64,000 nt of DNA from Candidatus Latescibacterota bacterium (GTDB lineage: Bacteria; Latescibacterota; UBA2968): positions 5,088,001-5,152,000 of the forward strand of contig OZ242010.1 of NCBI GenBank assembly GCA_965204745.1. Direction: 5' to 3'. Made by a program: the position numbers and the translations under genes. Each line of letters starts with the position of its first letter. Within the stretch, counting starts at the first letter, position 1. This document shows positions 1-10,004 of this stretch, piece by piece. The notes under the pieces were generated by a model, which was not told where the DNA came from, ran no database searches, and saw nothing but the letters and a program-made list of their open reading frames with translations.

Positions 1-386
1 CCTGTGTACTTGTTGGTGTCGTTGCCGATGGGCAGCCAGCCGTCGCCGCTGTTCCAGTATGCGTCGGCGGAGTTGGCAGAGCCGCCGCCGTCGGTGTCAA
101 GGTCGATGTTGGCGGTGAGTTCGTAGCCGGTGCAGGTGGAGGCGCAACCCATGCCCGAAGCGGCGTTGGGAAAGGCGGCGTTGTAGTTCGTGGTATCCGT
201 AGCGGCTACGGTACCATCGCCATTGAGGTCCCAGCGAACGGCGTTGAGTTGAGCGTGGGTGGACACCTCAATGTAGTTGTCGTTGTCCGTATCGTAGTCG
301 GTTTGGGCAAAAGCCGGCCCCGATGCCATCAGCATGCCCAGCACGACCATAGCCAACAAGCGAGTTCTGAAAAGGGCGGTAATCAC
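1..386 (-). CDS. Large secreted protein, N-terminal part (runs off window); signal peptide then DYDTDNDNYIEVST..QLNAVRWDLNGDG domain typical of GLUG/adhesin-like surface proteins
   Basis: Not in ORF track. Manual translation from GTG 386 (RBS GGAGGT at 392-397): MITALFRTRLLAMVVLGMLMASGPAFAQTDYDTDNDNYIEVSTHAQLNAVRWDLNGDG...GYELTANIDLD...GWLPIG; open to window edge. Confidence 0.75.
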   Translation of the reverse strand, partial: MITALFRTRLLAMVVLGMLMASGPAFAQTDYDTDNDNYIEVSTHAQLNAVRWDLNGDGTVAATDTTNYNAAFPNAASGMGCASTCTGYELTANIDLDTDGGGSANSADAYWNSGDGWLPIGNDTNKYT

Positions 387-511
387 CTGAAACCTCCCAA
401 AAAAATATAACGAGTTGTGCAGGCATGGCTTTTGCCTGCGGGTGCCAAATAACGATGATGGAGACAAGCTAAGGTACCACGTCGTTTCTTGTCAAGGGGA
501 ATTGGGCCTAT

Positions 512-577
512 GGACCTACCCCCCTGGCCCCGTTACTCGCTTCGCTTCGTTGTAGGCTACGCCTGTGCCTGCGAGGA
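512..577. repeat. Copy of the GGACCTAYCCCC..GGCCCC / CAGGCACAGGCGTAGCCTACAA repeat family; flanks the decayed IS110 end
   Basis: Reverse complement aligns with 5839-5902 and 17251-17317. Confidence 0.85.
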
Positions 578-677
578 AGATACTCTCTTAAAGGTCAAGG
601 GATTTGCGCGGTGATTCGATAGAATTTTTCGCCCTCAAAATCTTGGTCATGCCGCAACATGCCCCAGATCGAATGGC

Positions 678-705
678 GTAGGGGGCTATAATTATAGCCC
701 CCTAC
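678..705. repeat. GTAG-type REP-like perfect palindrome
   Basis: GTAGGGGGCTATAATTATAGCCCCCTAC, 28 bp, absent from the intact IS110. Confidence 0.9.
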
Positions 706-928
706 TTTCGCATCACCGCAACGATAGCCTGCAAAGGTTTCTTGCCGCGGGCGATGAGTTGGTCATAGAAGGCTTTGACATGGGCTTCGTGCCTGCTGGC
801 CACCCAGGCAGGTATAGAGAGGGCATGGCGGAGATACTTATTCCCGGTTTTCGAGTGGTTGCGGCTCTGTTCGCAGATGATCGCCTGCTTGAGTTGGTCA
901 ATCCGTCTGGTCAGGGCTTGCTGTTGGC

Positions 929-956
929 GCAGGGGTGAATAATTATTCGCCCCTAC
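929..956. repeat. GTAG-type REP-like palindrome
   Basis: GCAGGGGTGAATAATTATTCGCCCCTAC, 28 bp, absent from the intact IS110. Confidence 0.9.
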
Positions 957-1093
957 TCGCTCGGCGCTTGCCAAGGCATAAACGGCATGCGCTCGGCATC
1001 ATCGAGGATCAACAACGCATCCTTCGCATTTTAGAACAGCAACGAGACATTGCCCCCCTCCTCATCGGGATCGCGGATCACCGAGAAATGCAC

Positions 1094-1387
1094 TCACGCA
1101 GCCGACTTGCCCGACTGCCGCACCTTTTTCAGCGCGGACATCCACGTCAACTCATAGACCACCAGCGCGCCGCGCCAGACATCCACGTTTTCAAGCCCGC
1201 TTTGCACCAATCGCGCAGCCTGTTCAATGGTCGCTTCTGCGGCCTTGACCTCGGGCTGATCGGCCACGACTTTCATGGGAATGGGGCCATAAGCAGCGCG
1301 CACGCGATTGATCACCTCGCTGACTTCCCGACAAAATTGGGTGATGGACCGGGAACCAATAGCCGACATGGGAACGATGCGTCTCAT
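1094..1387 (-). CDS. Hypothetical protein (97 aa)
   Basis: ORF with AGGAGAGG RBS before ATG 1387; no recognised motif. Confidence 0.6.
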   Translation of the reverse strand: MRRIVPMSAIGSRSITQFCREVSEVINRVRAAYGPIPMKVVADQPEVKAAEATIEQAARLVQSGLENVDVWRGALVVYELTWMSALKKVRQSGKSAA

Positions 1388-1550
1388 GGGAACCTCTCCT
1401 TTTGAATGACGAGAAATGCAACCGTTATCTTCCATTTTCCAACCGCCATAATATAGTGAACATTTGTGTATCCGTCAAGGCTAAAAACGCGCCAAAAAAA
1501 ACTTTCCCTCAATCCCCTGCGATATTATCTTCTCCCTCAAAAAAGGACTA

Positions 1551-1697
1551 CACGCTCAAGAATGCGTTGAATTTGCCCGCGCTGTCGCCGAAGGCAAGCC
1601 CTCGCCCGTGCCGGCCGAACAATCGCTACAAGTCATGGCGATTCTCGACGGCATTTATCGCAGCCAAGAAATCGGCGGCGAAGTCAAAATCGCATAG
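1551..1697 (+). pseudogene. C-terminal remnant of Gfo/Idh/MocA oxidoreductase
   Basis: HAQECVEFARAVAEGKPSPVPAEQSLQVMAILDGIYRSQEIGGEVKIA*, a typical family C-terminus; no start; 9 bp before next gene. Confidence 0.7.
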
Positions 1698-1706
1698 GGA
1701 AACGCC

Positions 1707-2327
1707 GTGATCTTTTTATCGACCATCGTCGGCCCGCTCGACGTCAACTGCTATCTCCTCGCGTGCGAAGAAACGCGCAAGGGTATCGTCGTCGATCCCG
1801 GCGACGATATCGACGCCATCCTGCAACTCATCGCAAATAACGATCTCGACATCGTGGAAATCGTCGCCACGCACGGGCATTTTGACCACATTGGCCGCGT
1901 CGCATCGCTCAAAAAAAAATCGGGCGCGCCATTCGCCATCCACAAAGCCGACCTGTTCATGATCGAGGGGCTTGCAGACATCGCGGCATTTCTCGGCTTT
2001 CAAACCGATCCGCCGCCCGCTGTCGAGCGTTTCATCGACGAAGGCGATACCATTGCCTTTGGTCGCGAAACCCTGAACGTCCTCCATGTCCCTGGCCACG
2101 CGCCCGGCAATATCGCGCTCACCTGGCCGGGTCACGCCATTATCGGCGACACGGTTTTCGCAGGCTCCATTGGCAGAACCGACCTCGAAGGCGCGGACTT
2201 ACAAACCCTGATGCACTCGATTCGCACCAAAATCCTCACCCTGCCCGGCGATACCATTCTCCATCCCGGGCATGGGCCAACCACAACGGTTGATCGCGAA
2301 AAACGCATCAATCCATTTCTGGCGTGA
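1707..2327 (+). CDS. MBL-fold metallo-hydrolase (glyoxalase II-like)
   Basis: THGHFDH, PGHAPG, GDTVF..SIGRTD, PGHG motifs. Confidence 0.93.
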   Translation: MIFLSTIVGPLDVNCYLLACEETRKGIVVDPGDDIDAILQLIANNDLDIVEIVATHGHFDHIGRVASLKKKSGAPFAIHKADLFMIEGLADIAAFLGFQTDPPPAVERFIDEGDTIAFGRETLNVLHVPGHAPGNIALTWPGHAIIGDTVFAGSIGRTDLEGADLQTLMHSIRTKILTLPGDTILHPGHGPTTTVDREKRINPFLA

Positions 2328-2361
2328 TGCGGTCAGTTCCCGCCCAACAGCCCATCCACAA

Positions 2362-2469
2362 GTAAGAAGCAAGAGGTGAGAGGCAAGACGGGAGAAGACC
2401 TACACTCACGGCTCGCCTTTGAACTGGCTATCGCCAGTTGCATCCCGCTCGTGGCTAAACTTCCATCTT
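2362..2469. repeat. Composite repeat: GNRAGAN heptamers plus AACTGGC-TATC-GCCAGTT hairpin cassette
   Basis: Related copies at 3107-3187, 16555-16621, 19040-19145, 25211-25241, 34596-34665, 59473-59555, 62589-62715. Confidence 0.88.
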
Positions 2470-2490
2470 GCTTCTCAAGGAGGTGTTCTT

Positions 2491-3060
2491 ATGACTTCAC
2501 CAACCGCATCGCTCGTTCGCAGAATGTCTTTGGTAGAATTTCTCGCCGCGGACGAAGACGAAATCGGCCCGAAGTGCGAACTCGAATACGGGGAGGTAAT
2601 AGAACTCATGCGACCGACATTTGAACACAACGAACTCATCCTCAGCCTCTCTGGCATCTTGCTCCCGCACATTCGCGCAAACAACTTGGGTCGCCTCAGC
2701 CAAGACATCATCGTCGTGCTCGACGAAGACCGGGAATTGGCTTACGCGCCCGACCTCGTATTCGTCGCCGCCGAACACCTACACCGCATTCGGGATGGTC
2801 GCGTCTATGGCGCGCCCGACCTCGTCGTCGAAATCCTGTCGCCATCCACAGCCAGCCGCGATCACCTCACCAAACTCGATGCTTACCTCAAAAGCGGCAT
2901 TCCATGGTATTGGATCGCAGACCCCCAAGGGCCTGGCATTGAAGAATACCGCGCCACTGACGGGGGCTATCTCCGCACGACAACCGTTGAATCCAACGAC
3001 ATTTTTCAACCCGGCATTTTCCCGGGTCTAACCATCGACATGGCAACCCTCATTCCTTGA
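2491..3060 (+). CDS. Uma2 family endonuclease (DUF820)
   Basis: ELEYGEV..P...H, APDLV, PDLVVEILSPST...D...K...Y...GIPWYWIADP; RBS GGAGGT. Confidence 0.93.
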   Translation: MTSPTASLVRRMSLVEFLAADEDEIGPKCELEYGEVIELMRPTFEHNELILSLSGILLPHIRANNLGRLSQDIIVVLDEDRELAYAPDLVFVAAEHLHRIRDGRVYGAPDLVVEILSPSTASRDHLTKLDAYLKSGIPWYWIADPQGPGIEEYRATDGGYLRTTTVESNDIFQPGIFPGLTIDMATLIP

Positions 3061-3106
3061 CCGCTTCTTGTCTCTCTGGGCGAGCACAGAGGCATCGCCC
3101 AAAAAG

Positions 3107-3187
3107 GTGAGAGGCAAGACGGGAGAAGACCTACACTCACGGCTCGCCTTTGAACGGGCTATCGCCATGTACCCCGCTCGTGGCTCA
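3107..3187. repeat. Composite heptamer/hairpin repeat copy
   Basis: Near-identical to 2376-2457. Confidence 0.85.
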
Positions 3188-3271
3188 CTTCAGGTTGGGT
3201 GGTCGGTGGGGACTCAAAAGCCTTGACACTCTCCTCTCGATTCACCACGCTCACTTCAGGTTGGGTGTCGG

Positions 3272-3316
3272 GTGGGGACTGACAACTGACAACTGACAAC
3301 TGACAACTGACAACTG
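3272..3316 (-). repeat. Heptamer tandem array (AGTTGTC)x5 ending in AGTCCCCAC
   Basis: GACAACT x5 at 3281-3315. Confidence 0.95.
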
Positions 3317-3361
3317 CCCCTTGCCTTCTAACTGATCCTCACTTTCAAAAGGATTCTCACC

Positions 3362-4864
3362 ATGGACATCACCACCACTATCGGCGATATTCTCGAACGA
3401 GACACAGACGCCATTGTGCTCAACCTCTTTGAAGGCGTCACAGAACCGGGCGGCGCGACAGGCGCGGCAAATCGGGCATTGGATGGCCTGATCGCGGACC
3501 TCATCGCGGGCGGCGACTTCAGCGGCAAATTCAAACAAACCGCCGTGCTGTATCCCCATCAGGGCGTGGCCTCGTCGCGCCTCATCCTCGTCGGCTTGGG
3601 CAACCGCGAAGACTTCTCGCTCAACCGCGTGCGCTTGGCCTCTGCCTCTGCGGCCCGAGAAGCCATCAAGCGCGGCGCCAAAACCCTCGCCTCCATCATC
3701 CACGGCGGCGGTATTGGCGGCCTCGACATTTCAGACGCGGCGCAGGCCACAGTCGAAGGCGCGATTCTCGGCAATTACAACTTCACCGCGTACAAAACAG
3801 ACGAGGACGATCCCAAACGCCTCGACGCATTTGCGCTGGTCGAATTTGACGCATCCAAACAAACCGCTGCCGAAGCGGGCGCGAGAGCTGGGCAAATCAT
3901 CGCCGAAAGCGCGTGTTTCGCCCGCGACTTGGGCAACACCCCCGGCAATGACTTGCCCCCGGCAACCCTCGCGGACCGCGCTTTGGAAATGGCCCGCGAC
4001 ACCGGCTTGTCCTGCGAAATTTTTGACGAACAGCGCATTTTAGACGAAGGCATGAACGCACTCAGCGCAGTGGGGCAGGGCAGCGTCCGGCCGCCGCGGT
4101 TCGTCATTTTAGAACACGCGGGCGCAGATCCCGAAGCCGCGCCCATCGTCTTCATCGGCAAGGGCATCACCTTTGACACGGGTGGCATTTCCCTCAAAGG
4201 CGGCGACAGCATGTGGGATATGAAATTCGACATGAGCGGCGCGTCCGCTGTCATTGGTGCGATGCGCGCCGTGGCAAAACTCGATCTTCCCCAGCGCGTC
4301 ATCGGCTTGGTCGCCGCAGCGGAAAACATGCCCGACGGCAGGGCCTATCGCCCCGGCGACATCTTGCATCCCCTGGGCGAGAAAACCGTCGAGATTCGCA
4401 GCACGGACGCCGAAGGCCGCCTCGTCCTCATCGACGCCCTCGCATACTGTGCGCGCTACAACCCCAAAGCCGCTATCGATCTCGCCACGCTCACCGGCGC
4501 GTGCGTCATCGCGCTTGGCAACGAAACCAGCGGCCTGATGGGCAATGACGATGATCTCATCGCCCAAATCCACGAGGCGGGCAACCGCACGGGCGAAAGC
4601 GCGTGGCATTTGCCCATCTTTGACGATCACCGGGACCTCATCAAAAGCAAGGTCGCGGACCTCAAAAACACGGGGGGGCGTCCCGCGGGCACACTCACCG
4701 CCGCTGCTTTTCTCGAGGCTTACGTCCAAGACTTCCCCTGGGCACACCTCGACATCGCCGGTACGGCTTGGGCGGATTCCGACAAACCCGACACCCCTAT
4801 CGGCGCGACAGGCGTTGGCGTGCGGTTGCTGATCGATTTCTTGAGGCATGGATCAACGGCGTGA
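3362..4864 (+). CDS. pepA: Leucyl aminopeptidase (M17)
   Basis: GKGITFDTGG, MKFDMSG, STDAEGRL, DLATLTGAC, WAHLDIAG. Confidence 0.97.
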   Translation: MDITTTIGDILERDTDAIVLNLFEGVTEPGGATGAANRALDGLIADLIAGGDFSGKFKQTAVLYPHQGVASSRLILVGLGNREDFSLNRVRLASASAAREAIKRGAKTLASIIHGGGIGGLDISDAAQATVEGAILGNYNFTAYKTDEDDPKRLDAFALVEFDASKQTAAEAGARAGQIIAESACFARDLGNTPGNDLPPATLADRALEMARDTGLSCEIFDEQRILDEGMNALSAVGQGSVRPPRFVILEHAGADPEAAPIVFIGKGITFDTGGISLKGGDSMWDMKFDMSGASAVIGAMRAVAKLDLPQRVIGLVAAAENMPDGRAYRPGDILHPLGEKTVEIRSTDAEGRLVLIDALAYCARYNPKAAIDLATLTGACVIALGNETSGLMGNDDDLIAQIHEAGNRTGESAWHLPIFDDHRDLIKSKVADLKNTGGRPAGTLTAAAFLEAYVQDFPWAHLDIAGTAWADSDKPDTPIGATGVGVRLLIDFLRHGSTA

Positions 4865-4865
4865 A

Positions 4866-4893
4866 CAAAAAAAAGCCGGGGATAAACCCCGGC
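4866..4893. terminator. Intrinsic terminator between convergent genes
   Basis: A-tract then GCCGGGG-ATAAA-CCCCGGC hairpin. Confidence 0.65.
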
Positions 4894-4921
4894 GCGGTTC
4901 AAAGCCTTTGAATCCGCCTTC

Positions 4922-5464
4922 TCAATCTCCTTCGCCCAAAGAAAACTGCAACCCCGCGTGCAATCCAAAATTATTTGTCGAACCGGTCGCAAACGCTCGA
5001 AACCACCGCCCTTGCACAAATACGCCCATATTTTCTGCAACATCAAACCGCATGCCGCCTCCGACGGCGATCATCGCCTCGGTCCTTGTTCCCTTCCCGC
5101 CCGTGGGTACGCGGACTAGCGTTTCGCCAACTATCGTTTCGATAAACAGCGGAAATCCCCGTGCGTGGAGTATCCCGCCGCCAACCCCAAAAAATACCGT
5201 GCCGTATTGGTCGGACAAAGGGGCTTTGTAAATCAGGCTGAGACCTGCGGGGATTTCAGAAATGCCGCTCTTCCGGTAAAACTCGACAAAAGGCGCCAAA
5301 TACGTGGGATACGTATCGCCAATGGGAATCTCCACAGACAGGTACCCGCCGCCGCGTCTGGGATCAAACAGCATCCCGCCGCTCGCCTTGACATCCACTT
5401 GGGCACCTGCCTGACCGACCAGTGCGACCGCGAAAACAAAAAACACCCAAATCATTGATTTCAT
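4922..5464 (-). CDS. Small outer-membrane beta-barrel protein
   Basis: Signal peptide (..QAGA/Q), alternating amphipathic strands, FFGVGGG, C-terminal GLHAGLQFSL. Confidence 0.75.
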   Translation of the reverse strand: MKSMIWVFFVFAVALVGQAGAQVDVKASGGMLFDPRRGGGYLSVEIPIGDTYPTYLAPFVEFYRKSGISEIPAGLSLIYKAPLSDQYGTVFFGVGGGILHARGFPLFIETIVGETLVRVPTGGKGTRTEAMIAVGGGMRFDVAENMGVFVQGRWFRAFATGSTNNFGLHAGLQFSLGEGD

Positions 5465-5542
5465 AACCATTCTCCTTTTTTTTGAACATCGACAAAACCC
5501 CGTCAAAAATCAAACGAAAAACGAAGTAGTCAGTGGTCAGTA

Positions 5543-5905
5543 GGTTCTGTTGACATTTACGAGCAATGTAACTGGAATTGAGCGGTTTATCGGGAAAATC
5601 AAGCCCTATCGGGACCTACCCCCCTGGCCCCCCTTCCTACAAGGAAGGGGGGAATGGCGAGCGGTTTTGCGAGGGGATAGGATGAGGGATTTTTAATCGC
5701 TTTATGCCCTCGGTCAATGCCATCAGAGCAACCCTTGATAGAAGCCATCAAGGGAGCTTTACTCCCCTTTCCTCGTAGGAAAGGGGCCGGGGGATAGGTC
5801 CCCTCTCGCAATGCCATCAAAGAAACTTTACTCCCCTTTCCTCGTAGGCACAGGCGTAGCCTACAATGAGCGAAGCGAATAACGGGGCCGGGGGATAGGT
5901 CCCCT
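5543..5905. mobile_element. One-ended inverted copy of the MITE at 16908-17432
   Basis: Begins TA-GGTTCTGTTGACATTT; body aligns in reverse with about 17020-17432. Confidence 0.8.
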
Positions 5906-5929
5906 CGGTCTTCGCAGAAAGGAGTTCGC

Positions 5930-6559
5930 GTGCCGACCGACCTCATTTTGATCTGCCATGGGCATACCGCAAAACGCGATGGCGAACGCCGTTATGGCTG
6001 GTGGGCCGATAGGCCGCTCTCGCGGCGGGGCAAACGACAAGCCATGCTCATCGGCGAACGCCTGCGAAATGACTTTGACATTCGCGCCCTGTACACCAGC
6101 CCACAGCGATGCACCCGGCAAACCGCCGAGCGAATAGGCGATTTGGTCCACGTCGTACCCCAAGTGGAAGATGACCTGCGCGAACTCGAAAGCGGGGACT
6201 TGGCGACCCTCTCATGCAAAGAGGCGCGAGAATATTATCCCGGGGTGCTCGAAGGCCAATCCCCGGAACAAGCGCGGGTTCCGGGCAGCGAAACAGACGC
6301 CGATATGCACAATCGCGTTGCCCGCGCCGTGAGTCGGATCGTCCACCTATCGCCCGATCGGCAAGTTGCGTGCGTCGCGCATAGCCGACCGATTGTCGCG
6401 TGTTTGCAAGCGATCATGGGCTACATGCCCGAACACGAGAACAAACCGCAATTCGCGTGTCGCGTAGCCGCCATCCACCAGTTGCAACTCGATCCCACAG
6501 GCGACCCCACCTTCATCGCCCTCAACGACGCGGCCCACCTCGCAAACCTTCCCACCTAA
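5930..6559 (+). CDS. Histidine phosphatase (phosphoglycerate mutase) family protein with degenerate motif
   Basis: LILICHG (normally RHG), PLS.RG..QA, YTSP....QTA, LRE...GD, VAHS. Confidence 0.8.
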   Translation: MPTDLILICHGHTAKRDGERRYGWWADRPLSRRGKRQAMLIGERLRNDFDIRALYTSPQRCTRQTAERIGDLVHVVPQVEDDLRELESGDLATLSCKEAREYYPGVLEGQSPEQARVPGSETDADMHNRVARAVSRIVHLSPDRQVACVAHSRPIVACLQAIMGYMPEHENKPQFACRVAAIHQLQLDPTGDPTFIALNDAAHLANLPT

Positions 6560-6585
6560 TCGGCCCAAGGGCCTCGCGTTTCCAT

Positions 6586-7416
6586 TCACGGATACGTGAG
6601 GCCGAGCATCTCGCGGGCATCGTTTGGCGTGGCGATCTCGCCCTGAAGTTTCTCCACGATCCCGGCCGCGAGATCGACCATCTGGGCATTGCTATTGAGC
6701 AACACGCCCCGCCGCAGATAAATATTGTCCTCAAAACCCACGCGCATGTGCCCGCCCATCAGACAGGCCATCGTCACCATGGGCAACTGCGCCTTGCCCA
6801 CGCCGAGGGCTGACCAGATCACATCGGGTGGCAACAGGCTCTTCATGAAAATCAAGTTTTCCGGCGTGGCTTCAATGCCCCATCCGGGCCCCATGCACAA
6901 CTGGATGAAGGGCGGATCCTCAAACGCGCCATCCTCGATCATGCGCTTGGCCTGACGGATATGCCCCGCGTCGAAAACCTCGATCTCCGGTTTGACCTGG
7001 TGCTCGCGCATGCGCTTTGCCGCGGCGATCCCCCAGTCCGGGGGGTTCATAAAAATCCGATTGCCAAAATTCAGCGAACCGATATCGAGCGAGCAGATTT
7101 CGGGCTTGAGGGTTACGGGCTCGAGGCGTTCTTCGATGATGTTCTCGCCTTTGATATTGCCACCACTCGTCGTCAGATTGATGGCGATGTCGCACGCTTG
7201 CCGAATGCGGTCCACCACTTCTGCGAACAATTCGAGCCGCGAACTCACGATGCCGGTTTCGGGATCGCGCACATGGATATGCGTAATCGCCGCGCCGGCC
7301 TCGTGGCATTCAATAGCGGCATCTGCAATTTCTTTTGGGGTATAAGGCACTGCGGGATTCATCTCTTTCGTCGGCCCCGACCCCACGACTGCGACCGAAA
7401 TGATCGTTTTATCCAT
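6586..7416 (-). CDS. Beta-keto acid cleavage enzyme (BKACE/DUF849, Kce-like)
   Basis: [24 protein letters not shown]. Confidence 0.93.
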   Translation of the reverse strand: MDKTIISVAVVGSGPTKEMNPAVPYTPKEIADAAIECHEAGAAITHIHVRDPETGIVSSRLELFAEVVDRIRQACDIAINLTTSGGNIKGENIIEERLEPVTLKPEICSLDIGSLNFGNRIFMNPPDWGIAAAKRMREHQVKPEIEVFDAGHIRQAKRMIEDGAFEDPPFIQLCMGPGWGIEATPENLIFMKSLLPPDVIWSALGVGKAQLPMVTMACLMGGHMRVGFEDNIYLRRGVLLNSNAQMVDLAAGIVEKLQGEIATPNDAREMLGLTYP

Positions 7417-7433
7417 TGCGATTCCCCTGTCTT

Positions 7434-8648
7434 TTAAGCGCGAAACGGCACCAGCCATTCCTCTTCGATGCCCAAGTCAAAACCCGCGCCTGTCGGAGTA
7501 AAGTCCAAATAGCTGTTGCGCGGCAGTAGCGCGCCGGGTTGCGCCACTTCTTCGAGCGGGACGCCCGGATCAGAGCCGATATAATACTCGCACCACGAGA
7601 TATTCGGCATGGCCCAACTCAAGTGCTGACCGTACGCGTCTCGCCCGCCGCCGTGCAGGCAGACCTCCAAACCGGCCGTAGCGGCCATGTGGCAAATTTT
7701 GATGCACGCGGTCATGCCGCCCACCCACTGAATATCGGGTTGGAGAATGTCCAGACAGCGGTTTTCGATCATCAACTGATAGGGATAGGGCGTGTAAAAG
7801 TGCTCGCCGCTGGCCAAGGTCATCCACGGCAGGCGTTTTTTGAGTTCGATGTGCCCGCCGACATCTTCCGGGATCAGGCATTCCTCCATCCAGCGCAGAT
7901 CGTAGCAGCGCAGACGCTCTGCCAAGCGCGTCGCGTATTCGACATCAAACGCCATGTAACAATCGAGCATGAGATCGCACGCATCGCCTATCATCTCGCG
8001 CACCTCGGCGATGCGCCGCTCGTTTTCCCGCAACCCCCACAAGCCATCCACCGGGCCGTATTGACAGGGCAACTTAAATGCGCGAAATCCCAATTCCCTG
8101 TACCAATCGACATCGCCGCCCGTGGCATAGACAAACAACTGCTCGCACGTTGGGCCGCCCAAGAGTTCATAGACGGGCGCGTGCTGCAATTTACCAGCCA
8201 AATCCCACAACGCCAGATCGACCGCGCTCATGGCGACAGTTGCAATGCCAACAGTGCCAAAGGATTTGGACACGCGAAACATCATATCCCACAGCTTTTC
8301 TATCGCCAGACAATTTTCGCCTTCCAAGATGTGTGCAAACGCATCTTCTACGACTGCTACGGCGGGCCGTCCCGATGCCGTGCCCAGGCCCCAGGTGCCG
8401 TCTTCTGCGGTCACTTTGACGGCAAAGCCGGGCCAGGTTTTCGCGCTGTAAAGCTGGCGGCGTTTCTTAAAACGCGGGAATTTGGACATGGGGTTGGCGA
8501 CTTCCATCTGCGTGGGCCACGCCTTTCTGTACCCCTGTGTTTTTGCGCGCGCACCTGCCGACGCTGACAAGGTCATCCCCGAACCCGTTGCGGTCGGGTC
8601 GGCATCTGGCCGTTCAATGCGAACGACTTCCACGGATTTAATTTTCAT
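7434..8648 (-). CDS. Enolase-superfamily sugar-acid dehydratase, L-rhamnonate dehydratase-like
   Basis: [41 protein letters not shown]. Confidence 0.88.
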   Translation of the reverse strand: MKIKSVEVVRIERPDADPTATGSGMTLSASAGARAKTQGYRKAWPTQMEVANPMSKFPRFKKRRQLYSAKTWPGFAVKVTAEDGTWGLGTASGRPAVAVVEDAFAHILEGENCLAIEKLWDMMFRVSKSFGTVGIATVAMSAVDLALWDLAGKLQHAPVYELLGGPTCEQLFVYATGGDVDWYRELGFRAFKLPCQYGPVDGLWGLRENERRIAEVREMIGDACDLMLDCYMAFDVEYATRLAERLRCYDLRWMEECLIPEDVGGHIELKKRLPWMTLASGEHFYTPYPYQLMIENRCLDILQPDIQWVGGMTACIKICHMAATAGLEVCLHGGGRDAYGQHLSWAMPNISWCEYYIGSDPGVPLEEVAQPGALLPRNSYLDFTPTGAGFDLGIEEEWLVPFRA

Positions 8649-8663
8649 GCGGTTTTCCTTTCT

Positions 8664-10004
8664 CTATTCCCATCGACCTGGCCCCACCTCTGCCGCGGTC
8701 AAGGGGCCGCCATCTTCCCGTTGCGCCGGGAATTCCACGCACCCCACGGTCTTGCGCTCGCCGCGCGAATGCCCCAAAATATCCGTCGCAATATTTGGAT
8801 AACGCCCCGTAGCAGCGCCGATGAGATCGCTCGATTCCGCGGGCGCGACAACGCCGTTGGGCAGATAACGCACGGCGACCATCCCGGCGCGGATCCCCTC
8901 GCGGGCGGGCATGCCCAACGCGCCATCGGTGACATTCCCCTCCCACAGCCAATCCACCGGTTCGTCGCCATTTACGAGTCGCACGGTCCGAAACTCCGCG
9001 GGTCGCGGGTCGGGCCAGGTAAAAACATTATTCGCTATCGCGCAATTTTTGGGCGGCGCACCATTGGGGTACGCGCTGTGGTTGAGGCCGACGACCAATG
9101 CCGGGCTACATCCCGCAAACGTGTTGAACGCTATGCGCGCGCGTTCTGTTCGCACGTAGAGATCGTCCTGCGCGCCATCCATCATCGCGACGCCAAACGC
9201 ATTGAGCGAGCGGAACAGATTGTTGACCACGACTTGATCCGCGCCTTGCAAGCGCACGCCCCCGGCGCGGGGTTCGCCATCGCCCAAAAAGAAATTTTCA
9301 GCGACCGCATTGCCATCGCCGTGCCGGAGCACCAAGGCCCCGCGGCAATCCCGAAATGTATTTCTGCGGAGGACATTGCCATTGGATTTCACAGAGATGA
9401 TTTCCGCCTCGCCATTGCAGCGTTCAAATAAATTGTATTCGATGAGGCTAGCACAATCGCCCGGCGCCGGGTCGTAGGGATTTCCCTCTGTGATGATCTG
9501 AAGCGTCTCGTACCCATTGCTCGACTTGCCATCTGGAATATCGACAAAGTGATTGTGGTGGATGTGGTGCTCCTCGCCGGTGTTTCGCACGACAATTTGC
9601 ATCAGTTGGCAGCCGCGCATCTCGACGCGGTTGTTGGTCTTGTTCTCGAACCGGCAGTGGTCGATTTCGATTTGCCGGCTCTCGGGCAACACGCGCACCC
9701 ATTTGCCGGCGCGCACATCTGCCATCGCGCACCCGCTGATGCGGCATCCCCTGCCCCGAACTTCTAGCCTGCCGTTTTCCTCAAAGCGCAGTCCCGCGAG
9801 GTGGATGTTATTTCCCTCGACGGATACGGGAGCGCGGATAATCGCTCGCCCCGTGTTTTCCGCCCGAATTGTAATCGGACGGGCCGCGCTTCCCTCTGCC
9901 GCGAGTTTGCACCGCTCCCCGCCGTACGCGCCATCTGCCAACGCAATCACATCCCCCGGCCGTGCGGTAGCCACCCGCTTTGCAAGTTCGGATAATGATC
10001 TCAC
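8664..10004 (-). CDS. Polysaccharide lyase family 6 (chondroitinase B / alginate lyase) beta-helix
   Basis: PGDVIALADG.Y, NGYETLQI, CNGEAEIISVKS..N....NTF....GALVLRHG; GTG 10004 overlaps upstream stop, RBS GGAGG. Confidence 0.88.
   Translation of the reverse strand: MRSLSELAKRVATARPGDVIALADGAYGGERCKLAAEGSAARPITIRAENTGRAIIRAPVSVEGNNIHLAGLRFEENGRLEVRGRGCRISGCAMADVRAGKWVRVLPESRQIEIDHCRFENKTNNRVEMRGCQLMQIVVRNTGEEHHIHHNHFVDIPDGKSSNGYETLQIITEGNPYDPAPGDCASLIEYNLFERCNGEAEIISVKSNGNVLRRNTFRDCRGALVLRHGDGNAVAENFFLGDGEPRAGGVRLQGADQVVVNNLFRSLNAFGVAMMDGAQDDLYVRTERARIAFNTFAGCSPALVVGLNHSAYPNGAPPKNCAIANNVFTWPDPRPAEFRTVRLVNGDEPVDWLWEGNVTDGALGMPAREGIRAGMVAVRYLPNGVVAPAESSDLIGAATGRYPNIATDILGHSRGERKTVGCVEFPAQREDGGPLTAAEVGPGRWE

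Larger units (their letters stand above)
578..1030 (-). mobile_element. Decayed IS110 copy (right end plus transposase fragments)
   Basis: Colinear with 62716-63434; about 309 bp internal deletion at 855/856; two palindrome insertions; 5' part missing. Confidence 0.92.

Noticed and set aside
5599-5946. Similar ORFs at 5599-5946 and 17016-17339 (also 14479-14721 / 25010-25357) as a small gene family
   Set aside because: Translations of non-coding repeats; frames and ends are not conserved
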